Numbered from the stretch's first letter, positions 30,430 through 40,950 are shown. The stretch: 64,000 bases of DNA from an uncultured Caulobacterales bacterium (GCA_903884425.1 CAISEP010000001.1:25922-89921); one strand, 5' to 3'. The notes: a model not told the origin generated them from the letters alone. Program-made: numbers and translations.

Positions 30430-31815
30430 ATGGCCAACGAACCCCCGCCACCCGAGCCCTCCCTGAAGAAGGTCCTGGGACCCTTCGGCGTGTTCCTGCT
30501 GACCGTCTCGGCCCTGTCGCCGGTGGTGTCCTTCTACATCGGCGGGGATGCCGTGCTGCACATGGCGGGATCGGGCGCGGCGGTGGCCTTTCTGGTCGGC
30601 GGCGTGGCCTCGGCGATCCTGGCGCTGCTCTATGCCGAGATCGGGGCCGCGTTTCCCCGGGCGGGCGGCACCTATCCGAGCCTGGCGGCCCTGCTCGGCC
30701 CGATGACGAGCTTTCCCTATGTGGTGCTGACCGGGGCGGTGTCCTTTGCCAGCCTCGCCTTCACGGCGCTGGGGCTCGGGGACTATGTGCGGGTGCTGGT
30801 TCCGGGCCTGCCGCTGTTTCCGGTGGCGGCGGGCGCGATGCTGCTGGCGGCGGGGGTGGCGGTGCTGAACATCCGCTTCGGTGCCCTGGTCACCGGCGTG
30901 TTCCTGGTGGTGGAGATCACGGCGCTGGCGATCCTGGTCGCCGTGGCGGCCCTGCATCCGGCCCGGTCGTTCGGCGAGGTGATGCTGCATCCGGTCATGC
31001 TGAGCCACGGGGCCCTGGTGCCCACGCCGTTCAGCCTGCTGGCCCTGGCGGGGGTGTCGGGGCTGTGGGCCACGGCCGGGGCGAGCTGGGCCCTCTATTT
31101 TGCCGAGGAGATGCACGAGGCGCAGAGCCGGATCGGCCGGGTGATCGCCTGGACCGGCGCGCTGGCGGCCCTGTCCATCGCCGCGCCCATGGTGCTGATG
31201 GTGATGGGGACCGACGACCTGAAGACCATTCTCGGCGCGGAGGCCCCCATCGCGACCTTCCTTCGCCGGGCAGGCGGACCGGTCCTGTCCGGGGTCGTCA
31301 GCCTGGGGGCCGTGGCCGCCATCTTCAATGCCCTGATCGCCAACATCATGGCCTATGGGCGGATGTTCTACGCCACGGGCCGGGACGGCATGTGGCTGGC
31401 CCCGATCAACCGGTTCCTCAGCGGCCTGCACCCGCGCTTCAATTCCCCCATCGCCGCGACGGTGCTGGTGGCGACGGTGGCCATCGCCGCCATGCTGCTG
31501 GGGGAGAAGACCCTGCTGGTCCTCGTTTCCGGAAACGTGGCCGATTATGTGCTGGTGTCGCTGGCGATCGTCGTCGGTCGGCGCAATCACAGCACCGGCC
31601 GGTTCTACAAGGCCCCGCTGCACCCCATCGTGCCCCTGTTCGGGTTCGGGGTGACAGCGGCGGCCATGGCGGCGGACTGGCTGGACCCGGACGCCGGTCG
31701 ACCGAGCGTTATCCTGCTGACCGGGCTGTTCCTCGCCGCCATGGCCTATTTTCACTTCAGGCTGAGGGAGGCCTCCGCCCGCTGGCTGGTGGCCGACGGG
31801 GCCCCGCCGTCATAG
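30430..31815 (+). CDS. APC superfamily amino acid/polyamine permease
   Basis: It has about 12 hydrophobic helices. The N-terminal sequence LKKVLGPFGVFLLTVSALSP is typical of APC transporters. ATG 30430 is preferred to the track start at 30397. Confidence 0.84.
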   Translation: MANEPPPPEPSLKKVLGPFGVFLLTVSALSPVVSFYIGGDAVLHMAGSGAAVAFLVGGVASAILALLYAEIGAAFPRAGGTYPSLAALLGPMTSFPYVVLTGAVSFASLAFTALGLGDYVRVLVPGLPLFPVAAGAMLLAAGVAVLNIRFGALVTGVFLVVEITALAILVAVAALHPARSFGEVMLHPVMLSHGALVPTPFSLLALAGVSGLWATAGASWALYFAEEMHEAQSRIGRVIAWTGALAALSIAAPMVLMVMGTDDLKTILGAEAPIATFLRRAGGPVLSGVVSLGAVAAIFNALIANIMAYGRMFYATGRDGMWLAPINRFLSGLHPRFNSPIAATVLVATVAIAAMLLGEKTLLVLVSGNVADYVLVSLAIVVGRRNHSTGRFYKAPLHPIVPLFGFGVTAAAMAADWLDPDAGRPSVILLTGLFLAAMAYFHFRLREASARWLVADGAPPS

Positions 31816-33314
31816 ACGAAGGCCGGGTCGTCGAGATCGATCAGCGGCAGCTCGTCCTTTTCCCGCCAGTAGTCCTGGCTGTGCCGCCATTCCGGCTTGT
31901 CTCCGGCCTTGGGCAGCAGGTGCATGCCCCGCATCAGATAGCCGGGGTTGAAGTTCTCCGGATCGATCCAGGGGCCGAGCTTCATGTCCTTGTCCTGCGG
32001 CCGCAGCGCCACCTCCACCCGGTGGGCGCCGAGCTCGTCCATGTGGTGGATCAGGCGGCAGACGAAGTCCGCCACTAGGTCGGCCCGCAGGGTCCAGCTG
32101 GCCCGGAAGTAGCCGAACACCCAGACCATGTTCGGAATGCCGGTGAACATCATGCCGCGATAGGTGACCGTGTCGGCGAAGTTCAGGGGCTTGCCGTCCA
32201 GCTCGAAGGCGATGTCCCCCAGCACGCTGAGGTCGAAGCCCGTGGCGGCCACCACCACGTCGGCCTCCAGCACCTTGCCGGACTTCAGCAGGATGCCCTT
32301 TTCGGTGAAGCGATCGATCTCGTCGGTGACGATGGAGGCCTTGCCCGACACCACGCCCTGGAACAGGTCGCCGTCCGGCACAAACGCGATGCGCTGGCGC
32401 CAGGGCCGGTAGGTGGGGGTGAAGTGCGGGTCGATCACCTGGTCGGCCAGGTCGCCCAGGCAGGCGCGGACGCCGGCAAGCAGTTCCTGCTTCACCACCT
32501 CCGGCTCCTCGACGGAGCGACGGGTGAACTCGGCCTGGTCGTGCAGGACCTTGCGGCGCACGATCTCGTGGATCCAGGTCTCGTCGACCTTCAGTTCCCG
32601 CAGGGTATTGGCCAGCTCGTTCTCGTTGCGGCCGGGGATGAAATAGGTGGGGGAGCGCTGCAGCACCGTCACATGCCCCGCCGCGCCGGCGATGGCGGGC
32701 ACCACGGTCGCGGCGGTGGCACCGGAGCCGATGACCACCACCTTCTTGCCCGTCAGGTCCAGGTCCTGCGGCCAGGTCTGGGCGTGGATCAGGCGGCCCT
32801 TGTAGTCGGAGACCCCCGGCCAGTCGGGCATGTAGCCCTTTTCGTGACGATAATAGCCCTGGCACATCCACAGGATGTTGGTGGTGAACCGCTTGGTCTG
32901 GCCGCTGGCCTTGTCGAGGGCCTCGATCGTCCAGAGATTGTCGGCGCTGGACCAGCGGGCCGAGGTGATCTTGTGATTGTAGCGGATGTGACGGGCGAGA
33001 TCGTTCTCCTCGATCACCTCGCCCATGTAGCTGAGGATCTCGGCGGCCGTGGCGATGGGCGGGCCGACCCAGGGCTTGAAGCGGTAGCCGAAGGTGTAGA
33101 GGTCGCTGTCGGAGCGGATGCCGGGATACTTGTGCGTCAGCCAGGTGCCGCCGAAGCTCTCCAGGTTCTCCAGCACCACGAAGCTCTTGCCCGGGCATTG
33201 GTCCTTCAGGTGATAGGCCCCGCCGACGCCGGAAATTCCGGCCCCCACGATCAGTACATCGAAGTGCTCGGTTCCGGCTTTCGGCTTGGCCGCGGCGTCC
33301 AGTGATCCGTCCAT
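31752..33314 (-). CDS. Flavin-containing / Baeyer-Villiger-type monooxygenase (EthA-like)
   Basis: 520 aa. The FAD fold reads DVLIVGAGISGVGGA, followed by FGGTW..HKYPGIRSD and a second Rossmann fold VVVIGSGATA. Confidence 0.88.
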   Translation of the reverse strand: MDGSLDAAAKPKAGTEHFDVLIVGAGISGVGGAYHLKDQCPGKSFVVLENLESFGGTWLTHKYPGIRSDSDLYTFGYRFKPWVGPPIATAAEILSYMGEVIEENDLARHIRYNHKITSARWSSADNLWTIEALDKASGQTKRFTTNILWMCQGYYRHEKGYMPDWPGVSDYKGRLIHAQTWPQDLDLTGKKVVVIGSGATAATVVPAIAGAAGHVTVLQRSPTYFIPGRNENELANTLRELKVDETWIHEIVRRKVLHDQAEFTRRSVEEPEVVKQELLAGVRACLGDLADQVIDPHFTPTYRPWRQRIAFVPDGDLFQGVVSGKASIVTDEIDRFTEKGILLKSGKVLEADVVVAATGFDLSVLGDIAFELDGKPLNFADTVTYRGMMFTGIPNMVWVFGYFRASWTLRADLVADFVCRLIHHMDELGAHRVEVALRPQDKDMKLGPWIDPENFNPGYLMRGMHLLPKAGDKPEWRHSQDYWREKDELPLIDLDDPAFVYDGGAPSATSQRAEASLSLK

Positions 33315-33522
33315 GGTGGAGTCCTCCCGTTTTCCTCAGTTTTGCCGTATCCTGCCGACAGTCCTTGAGAGAGATCAACGTTCACTTGAGACACGTCTGC
33401 GTGTTGCGCCTCCGGTTCGGCAGGCGGGGGAGGGGAACGGGAGCGAGAACGGGGGCGGCGGTGGGCGGCCCTGGCCGCTTGCCATCTCGATGCGCCTGAC
33501 ATAGCTGTCCGGCGGCTCACAT

Positions 33523-33607
33523 GCGGATGTGGCGGAACTGGTAGACGCACTGGATTTAGGTTCCAGCGCCGAGAGGCGTGGAGGTTCGAGCCCTCTCATC
33601 CGCACCA
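33523..33607 (+). tRNA. tRNA-Leu (anticodon TAG)
   Basis: An 85-nt cloverleaf read by hand: acceptor GCGGATG/CATCCGC, anticodon arm CTGGA-TTTAGGT-TCCAG, long variable arm, T-loop GGTTCGAGCC, and an encoded CCA. Confidence 0.92.
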
Positions 33608-33647
33608 TATTCGCCGCCGCGGGTCGCCGATTCCGCGCGTTTTGCCT

Positions 33648-33676
33648 TTGACGTTCCGGCCCATCGTGACATAAGG
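33648..33676 (+). promoter_or_regulatory. Candidate sigma70-type promoter for tig
   Basis: TTGACG (33648-33653), then 16 nt, then CATAAG. This rests on the motif match only. Confidence 0.25.
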
Positions 33677-33808
33677 ACCGCTTCGCCGCCTGGGCCGGGC
33701 TGACACTGGTCTGGCGGCGTCATTGTTTTTGACGCCAAGGCAGGGCGTCCAGCGTGTTCGCGCGGGGCCCGGGCCGAAGCTCCAGTCGTGCGGTGCGGAA
33801 AGCAAGCC

Positions 33809-35176
33809 ATGTCCATCCAGATCGTTGAAAAGTCGGGCGAAGGCCTGAGCCGTGTGTTCGGCGTCACTGTGTCCGCCGAGCACCTCGCGGAAAAGCTGAA
33901 CGCCAAGATCGACGAGATCCGCCCGAAGATGCAGCTCAAGGGCTTCCGCCCGGGCAAGGTGCCGGCGGCGCACGTGCGCAAGATGTACGGCAAGGGCCTG
34001 ATGCAGGAAGTGGTCGAGCAGGCCCTCCAGGAAACCCAGGCCAAGGCCATCGAGGACGCCAACCTGCGTCCGGCGGCCGCCCCCGACGTGGCCTTCTCCG
34101 GCGACATCGAGAAGGTGCTGGCCGGTGGCGTGGACCTGGCCTTCGACCTGTCCGTCGAGCTGATGCCGGAGTTCGAGCCGGTGGATCCGGCGACCCTGTC
34201 GCTCACCCGTCCGACCTACGAGCCCACCGACGAGGAGATCGACGAGCAGCTGAAGGCCATCGCCGACCAGAACCGCACCTATGAGTCCAAGGGCGGCAAG
34301 GCCCCGAAGGCGGCCGAGGGCGACCAGGTGGTGATCGACTTCCTCGGCAAGGTGGACGGCGTCGCCTTCGAGGGCGGCACGGCGGAGGACGTGGACCTGG
34401 TGATCGGCTCCGGCCGGTTCATCCCGGGCTTCGAGGAGCAGCTCAAGGGTGCCAAGAAGGGCGCCGAGCTGGTGGTGAAGGTGACCTTCCCCGAGGACTA
34501 CCAGGCCCCGCATCTGGCCGGCAAGGCTGCCGAGTTCGATGTGAAGGTGAAGGACATCAAGGTCGCCAAGGACACCGAGCTGACCGACGAATTCGCCAAG
34601 ACCCTGGGTCTCGAGGACCTGGCCTCCCTGCGCCAGGCGGTGAAGGACCAGCTGTCCCGCCAGTATGACGGGGCCAGCCGCTTCAAGATGAAGCGCGCCC
34701 TGCTGGACGTGCTGGACGAGAAGCATGCCTTCGAGCTGCCCCCCCGCATGGTGGAGAACGAGTTCCAGGTGATCTGGAACCAGGTGGAGCAGGAACGCGC
34801 CACCGGCCAGCTGTCGGAGGAGGACAAGGACAAGTCCGAGGAGCAGCTCCGTGCCGAATATCGCCGCATCGCCGAGCGCCGGGTGCGCCTGGGCCTGGTG
34901 CTGGCCGAGATCGGCCGCCGCAACGACGTGACCGTGACCGAGCAGGAAATGAACAACGCCCTGATCGCCGAGGCCCGCCGCTATCCGGGCCAGGAGCGCG
35001 AAGTGATCGAGTTCTACCGCCAGAACGCCCAGGCCGCCGCCCAGCTGCGCGCGCCGGTCTATGAGGAGAAGGTCGTGGACCTGATCTTCGCCCGCGCCCA
35101 GGTGGAGAACACGCCGGTGACCAAGGACGAGCTGTTCGCCGAGGACGAGCTGCCGGAAAGCTACGGCGCGGCCTGA
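33809..35176 (+). CDS. tig: Trigger factor
   Basis: The start is at [17 protein letters not shown]. It reads GFRPGKVP and has the FKBP-type middle domain and the C-terminal arm domain. Confidence 0.95.
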   Translation: MSIQIVEKSGEGLSRVFGVTVSAEHLAEKLNAKIDEIRPKMQLKGFRPGKVPAAHVRKMYGKGLMQEVVEQALQETQAKAIEDANLRPAAAPDVAFSGDIEKVLAGGVDLAFDLSVELMPEFEPVDPATLSLTRPTYEPTDEEIDEQLKAIADQNRTYESKGGKAPKAAEGDQVVIDFLGKVDGVAFEGGTAEDVDLVIGSGRFIPGFEEQLKGAKKGAELVVKVTFPEDYQAPHLAGKAAEFDVKVKDIKVAKDTELTDEFAKTLGLEDLASLRQAVKDQLSRQYDGASRFKMKRALLDVLDEKHAFELPPRMVENEFQVIWNQVEQERATGQLSEEDKDKSEEQLRAEYRRIAERRVRLGLVLAEIGRRNDVTVTEQEMNNALIAEARRYPGQEREVIEFYRQNAQAAAQLRAPVYEEKVVDLIFARAQVENTPVTKDELFAEDELPESYGAA

Positions 35177-35235
35177 TCCGGGCGGCGTTTCTCGGTCGAT
35201 CCGGCGTTCCTCACAGCTTCCCGGGACGAGGTGGG

Positions 35236-35264
35236 TTGCAACTCGCCGCGGGGAAGGCGATATC
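35236..35264 (+). promoter_or_regulatory. Candidate promoter for clpP
   Basis: TTGCAA, then 17 nt, then GATATC, about 65 nt upstream of the clpP ATG. This rests on the motif match only. Confidence 0.25.
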
Positions 35265-35329
35265 CTTGGACATACCGCCGCCGGGCCGCACGTCCGGTGG
35301 GCGCTGTCATTGATGAGAAGAGGCCACGG

Positions 35330-35962
35330 ATGCGCGACCCCGAAAGCGTGATGATGAACCTGGTGCCGATGGTGGTCGAGCAGACCAGCCGCGGCGAGCG
35401 CGCGTTCGACATCTTTTCCCGGCTCCTGAAGGAGCGGATCATTTTCCTCACCGGACCGTTCGACGACGGCATGGCTTCGCTGATCACGGCGCAGCTGCTG
35501 TTCCTCGAGAGCGAGAACCCGAAGAAGGAAATCTCGATGTACATCAACTCCCCCGGTGGCATTGTCACCAGCGGGATGGCGATCTACGACACCATGCAGT
35601 ACATCCGCAGCCCGGTCTCGACGCTTTGCGCGGGCATGGCGGCCTCCATGGGCTCGTTCATCCTGCAGGCCGGGGCCAAGGGCCAGCGCATCGCGCTGCC
35701 CAACGCCCGGATCATGGTGCACCAGCCCTCCGGTGGCTTCCGCGGTCAGGCCTCGGACATCGAGCGCCACGCCGAGGACATCATCAAGACCAAGAAGCGC
35801 ATGAACGAGCTCTATGCCAAGCACACCGGCCAGCCGATCGAGGTGATCGAACGTGCGCTGGACCGGGACAACTTCATGACCGCGGAGGAGGCCAAGGCCT
35901 TCGGTCTGGTGGACCACGTCTACGAGACCCGCGACGGAACCGATCTCAGCATCGCGTCCTGA
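35330..35962 (+). CDS. clpP: ATP-dependent Clp protease proteolytic subunit
   Basis: The start is at [40 protein letters not shown]. The catalytic Ser and His blocks are GMAASMGS and MVHQP. Confidence 0.97.
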   Translation: MRDPESVMMNLVPMVVEQTSRGERAFDIFSRLLKERIIFLTGPFDDGMASLITAQLLFLESENPKKEISMYINSPGGIVTSGMAIYDTMQYIRSPVSTLCAGMAASMGSFILQAGAKGQRIALPNARIMVHQPSGGFRGQASDIERHAEDIIKTKKRMNELYAKHTGQPIEVIERALDRDNFMTAEEAKAFGLVDHVYETRDGTDLSIAS

Positions 35963-35974
35963 TCCATCCGGCCC

Positions 35975-36001
35975 CTGCCTGCTGCGACCCCGCGGCAGGC
36001 A
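35975..36001. terminator. Hairpin between the convergent clpP and HAD genes (possible bidirectional terminator)
   Basis: CTGCCTGC (35975-35982) pairs with GCAGGCAG (35994-36001). There is no clear T-tract on either side. Confidence 0.35.
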
Positions 36002-36032
36002 GACGGGCCGCGCCTTTGAACCGTTCCGGGAC

Positions 36033-36710
36033 TCAGCCCTGCGAGCGGGTCGGATCGGCGACGAACAGGCGCATGTACTTCTCGTCCGCCATGTCCAGCA
36101 TTTCCCGGTCGCCGATGGTGTCCCCATAGGCGGCGTGCAGGCGGATGTTGTCGCCGAACACTTCCCGCAGGCGCCGGGCCTTTTCCGGCCCGTGGCAGTT
36201 GTTGCCCTCGAAGCAGCCCACCACCCGGTCGTTCTGGTCGAACAGCAGCTTGGTGCCGATCAGCACGTCGGCCCCCAGGCCCCGGGCGAAGGGGGCCACG
36301 ACGATTTCCGGCGAGGCCGTGACGATCACCATCCGCGCCCCGTGGGAGCGATGGCGCCGCCAGACCTTCAGGGCATCCGGCCGCAGCAGCAGCGGGGCGG
36401 TGAGGGTGGCGAACTCGTGGGCTTCCTGCTCCAGCAGTGCCCGGGGCATGCCCCGCAGGAAGGTCCGCACCGCGGCGGCCTTGATCTGTCCGCGGTCACG
36501 GTTTCCCACCCAGCGCAGGGCCGCCGGCACCAGCCGCGCGAGGCCCAGGCCATAGCTGAAGGTCCCGTCCCGCCAGCGCAGGAAGTCGGTGAACGAGTCG
36601 CGGGTGGTGAGGGTCCCGTCGAAATCGAACGCGACCACGGGCCCGCCGCGGGCCGCCTGCGGGCTGAAGAGGGTGTCGGGCCTCTGGCGTTCGTCGGATT
36701 GCATCACCAT
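36033..36710 (-). CDS. HAD-IB family hydrolase (SerB-like phosphatase superfamily), cicA-like by position
   Basis: 225 aa. HAD motif I is AFDFDGTLT and the late motif is GDTIGD. It sits between clpP and clpX on the opposite strand. Confidence 0.8.
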   Translation of the reverse strand: MVMQSDERQRPDTLFSPQAARGGPVVAFDFDGTLTTRDSFTDFLRWRDGTFSYGLGLARLVPAALRWVGNRDRGQIKAAAVRTFLRGMPRALLEQEAHEFATLTAPLLLRPDALKVWRRHRSHGARMVIVTASPEIVVAPFARGLGADVLIGTKLLFDQNDRVVGCFEGNNCHGPEKARRLREVFGDNIRLHAAYGDTIGDREMLDMADEKYMRLFVADPTRSQG

Positions 36711-36956
36711 TTGACCTACTCCAAGCCTATCAGCGGGCAGAATGCAAGGTGCGGGCCGTTCCGGCGTGCCTTGCCCCTTGATCGTGTCGAACGTCCTGTG
36801 CTCGAATACGCTTTGGAGGTTCGTCAGCTTTCTGTAAGCCTTGTGTGTGTAGCTTCGGCTCCGGACGGCTCCAGAAGGGCTGCTGCGATCCCCGAGAGGG
36901 GGTCATCGTCGCCGCAACCGGACCTCCGGCCCTGCGGCTGAAAAGTGAGATGCGCT

Positions 36957-38216
36957 ATGACCAAAGCCGCCAGCGGCGATACCAAGTCCACCCTCTACTG
37001 CTCCTTCTGCGGAAAGAGCCAGCATGAGGTGCGAAAGCTGATCGCCGGCCCGACCGTGTTCATCTGCGATGAGTGCGTCGAGCTCTGCATGGACATCATC
37101 CGCGAAGAGCACAAGATCGCCTTCGTGAAGTCCAAGGACGGCGTTCCGACCCCGCGGGAAATCCGTGACGTGCTGGACGACTACGTGATCGGCCAGGACC
37201 ACGCCAAGAAGGTCCTGTCGGTGGCGGTGCACAACCACTACAAGCGCCTCAACCACGCCCAGAAGAACAACGACGTCGAGCTGGCCAAGTCCAACATCCT
37301 GCTGGTGGGCCCCACGGGCTCCGGCAAGACCCTGCTGGCCCAGACGCTGGCCCGCATCATCGACGTGCCCTTCACCATGGCCGACGCCACCACCCTGACC
37401 GAAGCCGGTTATGTGGGCGAGGACGTGGAGAACATCATCCTGAAGCTGCTGCAGGCCGCCGACTACAATGTGGAGCGGGCGCAGCGCGGCATCGTCTATA
37501 TCGACGAGGTCGACAAGATCAGCCGCAAGTCCGACAACCCCTCCATCACCCGCGACGTGTCGGGCGAGGGGGTGCAGCAGGCCCTCCTGAAGATCATGGA
37601 AGGCACCGTCGCCTCCGTGCCGCCCCAGGGCGGGCGCAAGCATCCGCAGCAGGAATTCCTGCAGGTGGACACCACCAACATCCTGTTCATCTGCGGCGGG
37701 GCCTTCGCCGGGTTGGAGAAGATCATCTCCGGCCGGGGCAAGGGCTCGTCCATCGGCTTCGGGGCCACGGTCAAGGATCCGGAGGACCGCCGCACCGGCG
37801 AGGTGCTGCGCAATGTGGAGCCGGACGACCTGCTGCGCTTCGGCCTGATCCCGGAATTCATCGGCCGTCTGCCGGTGATCGCCACCCTCGAGGACCTGGA
37901 CGAGGTCGCCCTGGTGAAGATCCTGACCGAGCCGAAGAACGCGCTGGTGAAGCAGTACCAGCGCCTGTTCGAGATGGAGTCGGTGGGCCTGACCTTCACC
38001 GACGACGCCCTGCACGCCATCGCCCGCAAGGCCATCATGCGCAAGACCGGCGCCCGGGGCCTGCGCTCGATCATGGAGGGCATCCTGCTCGACACCATGT
38101 TCGAGCTGCCCACCTACCAGGGTGTGGAAGAGGTGGTGGTCAATGGCGAAGTGGTCGAGGGCCGTGCCCAGCCGCTGATGATCTATGCGGAAAAGCGGGG
38201 CGGTCAGGCCTCCTGA
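36957..38216 (+). CDS. clpX: ATP-dependent Clp protease ATP-binding subunit ClpX
   Basis: It starts [44 protein letters not shown] (zinc-binding domain). Walker A is GPTGSGKT. Confidence 0.97.
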   Translation: MTKAASGDTKSTLYCSFCGKSQHEVRKLIAGPTVFICDECVELCMDIIREEHKIAFVKSKDGVPTPREIRDVLDDYVIGQDHAKKVLSVAVHNHYKRLNHAQKNNDVELAKSNILLVGPTGSGKTLLAQTLARIIDVPFTMADATTLTEAGYVGEDVENIILKLLQAADYNVERAQRGIVYIDEVDKISRKSDNPSITRDVSGEGVQQALLKIMEGTVASVPPQGGRKHPQQEFLQVDTTNILFICGGAFAGLEKIISGRGKGSSIGFGATVKDPEDRRTGEVLRNVEPDDLLRFGLIPEFIGRLPVIATLEDLDEVALVKILTEPKNALVKQYQRLFEMESVGLTFTDDALHAIARKAIMRKTGARGLRSIMEGILLDTMFELPTYQGVEEVVVNGEVVEGRAQPLMIYAEKRGGQAS

Positions 38217-38244
38217 CCGGCACCGCCCGCCCTACAATCTGGAG

Positions 38245-38272
38245 AGGCCGGGGCAACCCGGCCTTTTCTTTT
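38245..38272 (+). terminator. Rho-independent terminator after clpX
   Basis: AGGCCGGG, then gcaa, then CCCGGCCT, followed by TTTTCTTTTG. Confidence 0.8.
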
Positions 38273-38384
38273 GCCGGCCCCCCCTCCGGGACCGCCGAGA
38301 GCGCTTCGCTGGGAGATATTCACAGATTCGGCGGGTTTCGACCGCGGCGCGCATGGCGTGGCCGGGGCGACACCGGCCATGATG

Positions 38385-38413
38385 CTTGAATAGGTGCGGC
38401 GACCGTCCATCTA
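38385..38413 (+). promoter_or_regulatory. Candidate RpoH (sigma32) heat-shock promoter of lon
   Basis: CTTGAA (38385-38390) is followed by GTCCATCTA (38405-38413). Compare the E. coli sigma32 consensus CTTGAA-N13-17-CCCCATNT. It lies about 140 nt upstream of the lon ATG. Confidence 0.4.
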
Positions 38414-38553
38414 AGAGACCTAGACCCTGCCTCCGTCGCCGCGATCGGGACGGGCAGGGACCCCCAAAGCTCCTGGTCGGGCAGTCCGCCGGTCAGTGGG
38501 TCCTGTTCGGGCTGACGTGGGACCTAGCCCGCGGTCGGCCAAGGAGTGAAGAA

Positions 38554-40950
38554 ATGTCTGATATCCGAATTCTCCCGGTCCTGCCCCTGCGGGACATCGT
38601 CGTCTTCCCGCACATGGTCGTGCCGCTGTTCGTCGGCCGCGAGAAGTCGGTCAAGGCCCTCGAGGAGGTCATGCGCGGCGACAAGCAGATCCTGCTCGCC
38701 ACCCAGCGCAATTCCACCGACGATGATCCGCAACCCGGTGCCATCTACGACGTGGGCGTCATCGCCACCGTGCTGCAGCTGCTGAAGCTGCCCGACGGCA
38801 CCGTCAAGGTGCTGGTGGAGGGCAAGACCCGCGCTGCCCTGCTGCGCTTCACCCAGCGCCACGACTTCTTCGAGGCCGAGGCCGCCGTGCTGGAGGAGGA
38901 CGGCGTCGACGCGCCGGAGGCCGTGGCCCTGAGCCGCGCAGTGACGGAGCAGTTCGAGAGCTATGTGAAGCTCAACAAGAAGATCCCGCCCGAGGCGCTG
39001 GCCGCCATCCCGCAGATCGCCGAGCCGGGCAAGCTGGCCGATTCCATCGCCGCCCATCTGTCGGTGAAGATCGCCGAGAAGCAGGCCCTGCTGGAGGTCG
39101 TCCACGTGGCCAAGCGCCTGGAGAAGGTCTTCGCCCTGATGGAGGGCGAGATCAGCGTCCTGCAGGTGGAGAAGAAGATCCGCAGCCGCGTGAAGCGGCA
39201 GATGGAGAAGACCCAGCGGGAATATTACCTCAACGAGCAGATGAAGGCGATCCAGCGGGAGCTGGGCGAGCAGGACGAGCATCGCGACGAGCTGCTCGAC
39301 CTCGAGAAGCGCATCAAGAAGACCAAGCTGTCCAAGGAGGCCCGCACCAAGGCCGATGCGGAGCTGAAGAAGCTGCGCAACATGAGCCCGATGAGCGCGG
39401 AATCCACGGTCGTCCGCAACTATCTCGACTGGCTGCTGTCCATCCCCTGGGGCAAGTCCAAGCTGAAGCCGATCAACATGGCCGAGGCCGAGGCGATCCT
39501 GAACGAGGACCACTACGGCCTCGAGAAGGTCAAGGAACGCATCCTCGAATATCTGGCGGTCCAGGCCCGCACTGGGAACCTGAAGGGCCCGATCCTGTGC
39601 CTCGTCGGACCTCCGGGGGTGGGCAAGACCTCGCTTGGCCGGTCCATCGCCAAGGCCACGGGGCGCGAGTTCGTGCGCTTGTCCCTGGGCGGCGTGCGGG
39701 ACGAGGCGGAGATCCGCGGCCACCGGCGGACCTATATCGGCTCCATGCCCGGCAAGGTCATCCAGTCCATGAAGAAGGCCAAGGCCACCAATCCCTTCTT
39801 CCTGCTGGACGAGATCGACAAGCTGGGCGCCGACTGGCGGGGCGACCCGTCCAGCGCGCTCCTGGAGGTGCTGGATCCGGAACAGAACCACACCTTCGGC
39901 GACCACTATCTCGAGGTGGACTATGATCTCAGCCAGGTGATGTTCGTGACCACCGCGAACAGCCTGAACATGCCCCAGCCCCTGCTGGACCGCATGGAGA
40001 TCATCCGCATCCCCGGCTATACCGAGGACGAGAAGGTGGAGATCGCAAGGCGTCACATCCTGCCCAAGCTCGCCAAGGACCACGGCCTGAAGGGCGAGGA
40101 GTGGATCGTGCCCGACGAGGCGATCCGCGATCTGATCCGCTACTACACCCGGGAGGCCGGGGTCCGGTCGCTGGAGCGGGAGCTGGGCAACCTCGCCCGC
40201 AAGGTCGTCCGCGACCTGGAGCGGGAAAAGGTATTGTCCATCACCCTCGACAGCGAGCGGGTGGCCAAATACGCGGGCGTGCGCAAGTTCCGCTATGGCG
40301 AGACCGACGAGGCCGACCAGGTGGGCATCGTCACGGGCCTGGCCTGGACGGAGTTCGGCGGGGACATCCTCACCATCGAGGCGGTCCGCATGGCGGGCAA
40401 GGGCCGGATGAGCATCACCGGCAATCTGCGCGACGTGATGAAGGAATCGATCTCCGCGGCCAATTCCTATGTGCGGGCCCTGGCCCCGCACTTCGGGATC
40501 GCGCCGACCCTGTTCGACAAGACCGACGTCCACGTCCACGTGCCGGAGGGGGCAACCCCGAAGGATGGGCCGTCCGCAGGCGTGGCCATGGCGGTGGCCA
40601 TGGTCTCGGTGCTCACCGGCGTGCCGGTCCGCAAGGACGTGGCCATGACGGGGGAGATCACCCTGCGCGGCCGGGTGCTGGCCATCGGCGGGCTGAAGGA
40701 AAAGCTGCTGGCGGCGCTGCGTTCCGGCGTGAAGACCGTGCTGATCCCCTCGGAGAACGAGAAGGACCTGGCCGACGTGCCGGACAATGTGAAGCAGGAG
40801 CTGACCATCATCCCCGTGGCCACGGTGGACGAGGTCCTGTCCCACGCCCTGGCAGGCCCCCTGACCCCCATCGAATGGGACGAGGCCGATGCCGTCGTGG
40901 CCAAGCCCGGACCGGACGAGCGGGACGGGGAGCCGGTGATCACCCACTGA
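38554..40950 (+). CDS. lon: ATP-dependent protease Lon
   Basis: ATG 38554 has AAGGAG upstream. It starts [24 protein letters not shown]. Walker A is GPPGVGKTS and the protease block is PKDGPSAG. Confidence 0.97.
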   Translation: MSDIRILPVLPLRDIVVFPHMVVPLFVGREKSVKALEEVMRGDKQILLATQRNSTDDDPQPGAIYDVGVIATVLQLLKLPDGTVKVLVEGKTRAALLRFTQRHDFFEAEAAVLEEDGVDAPEAVALSRAVTEQFESYVKLNKKIPPEALAAIPQIAEPGKLADSIAAHLSVKIAEKQALLEVVHVAKRLEKVFALMEGEISVLQVEKKIRSRVKRQMEKTQREYYLNEQMKAIQRELGEQDEHRDELLDLEKRIKKTKLSKEARTKADAELKKLRNMSPMSAESTVVRNYLDWLLSIPWGKSKLKPINMAEAEAILNEDHYGLEKVKERILEYLAVQARTGNLKGPILCLVGPPGVGKTSLGRSIAKATGREFVRLSLGGVRDEAEIRGHRRTYIGSMPGKVIQSMKKAKATNPFFLLDEIDKLGADWRGDPSSALLEVLDPEQNHTFGDHYLEVDYDLSQVMFVTTANSLNMPQPLLDRMEIIRIPGYTEDEKVEIARRHILPKLAKDHGLKGEEWIVPDEAIRDLIRYYTREAGVRSLERELGNLARKVVRDLEREKVLSITLDSERVAKYAGVRKFRYGETDEADQVGIVTGLAWTEFGGDILTIEAVRMAGKGRMSITGNLRDVMKESISAANSYVRALAPHFGIAPTLFDKTDVHVHVPEGATPKDGPSAGVAMAVAMVSVLTGVPVRKDVAMTGEITLRGRVLAIGGLKEKLLAALRSGVKTVLIPSENEKDLADVPDNVKQELTIIPVATVDEVLSHALAGPLTPIEWDEADAVVAKPGPDERDGEPVITH

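Noticed and set aside
33596-36127. Very long ORFs antisense to, or out of frame with, recognised genes. Examples: 33596-36127(-) at 843 aa opposite tig/clpP; 38524-40947(-) at 807 aa opposite lon; 57262-59838(-) at 858 aa opposite nuoL; 52843-54966(-) at 707 aa opposite nuoG; 6935-8716(-) at 593 aa opposite the GS-like gene; 21736-23514(-) opposite ecm; 3823-4911(+); and 14708-16129(+).
   Set aside because: High-GC genomes are depleted in stop codons on all frames. These translations are Arg/Gly/Pro/His-rich low-complexity strings with no recognisable domains. Each is fully overlapped by a gene with unmistakable family signatures.
38386-38553. Long N-terminal extensions suggested by the ORF track for lon (38386), clpP (35231), nuoA (46204), nuoB (46533), nuoJ (56412), glnB (26993), ftsE (13732), ftsX (12467), ecm (21619) and others.
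   Set aside because: The extensions overlap upstream genes or intergenic promoters and terminators. They lack family similarity. Internal ATG or GTG starts with Shine-Dalgarno-like purine runs reproduce the conserved N-termini of each family.
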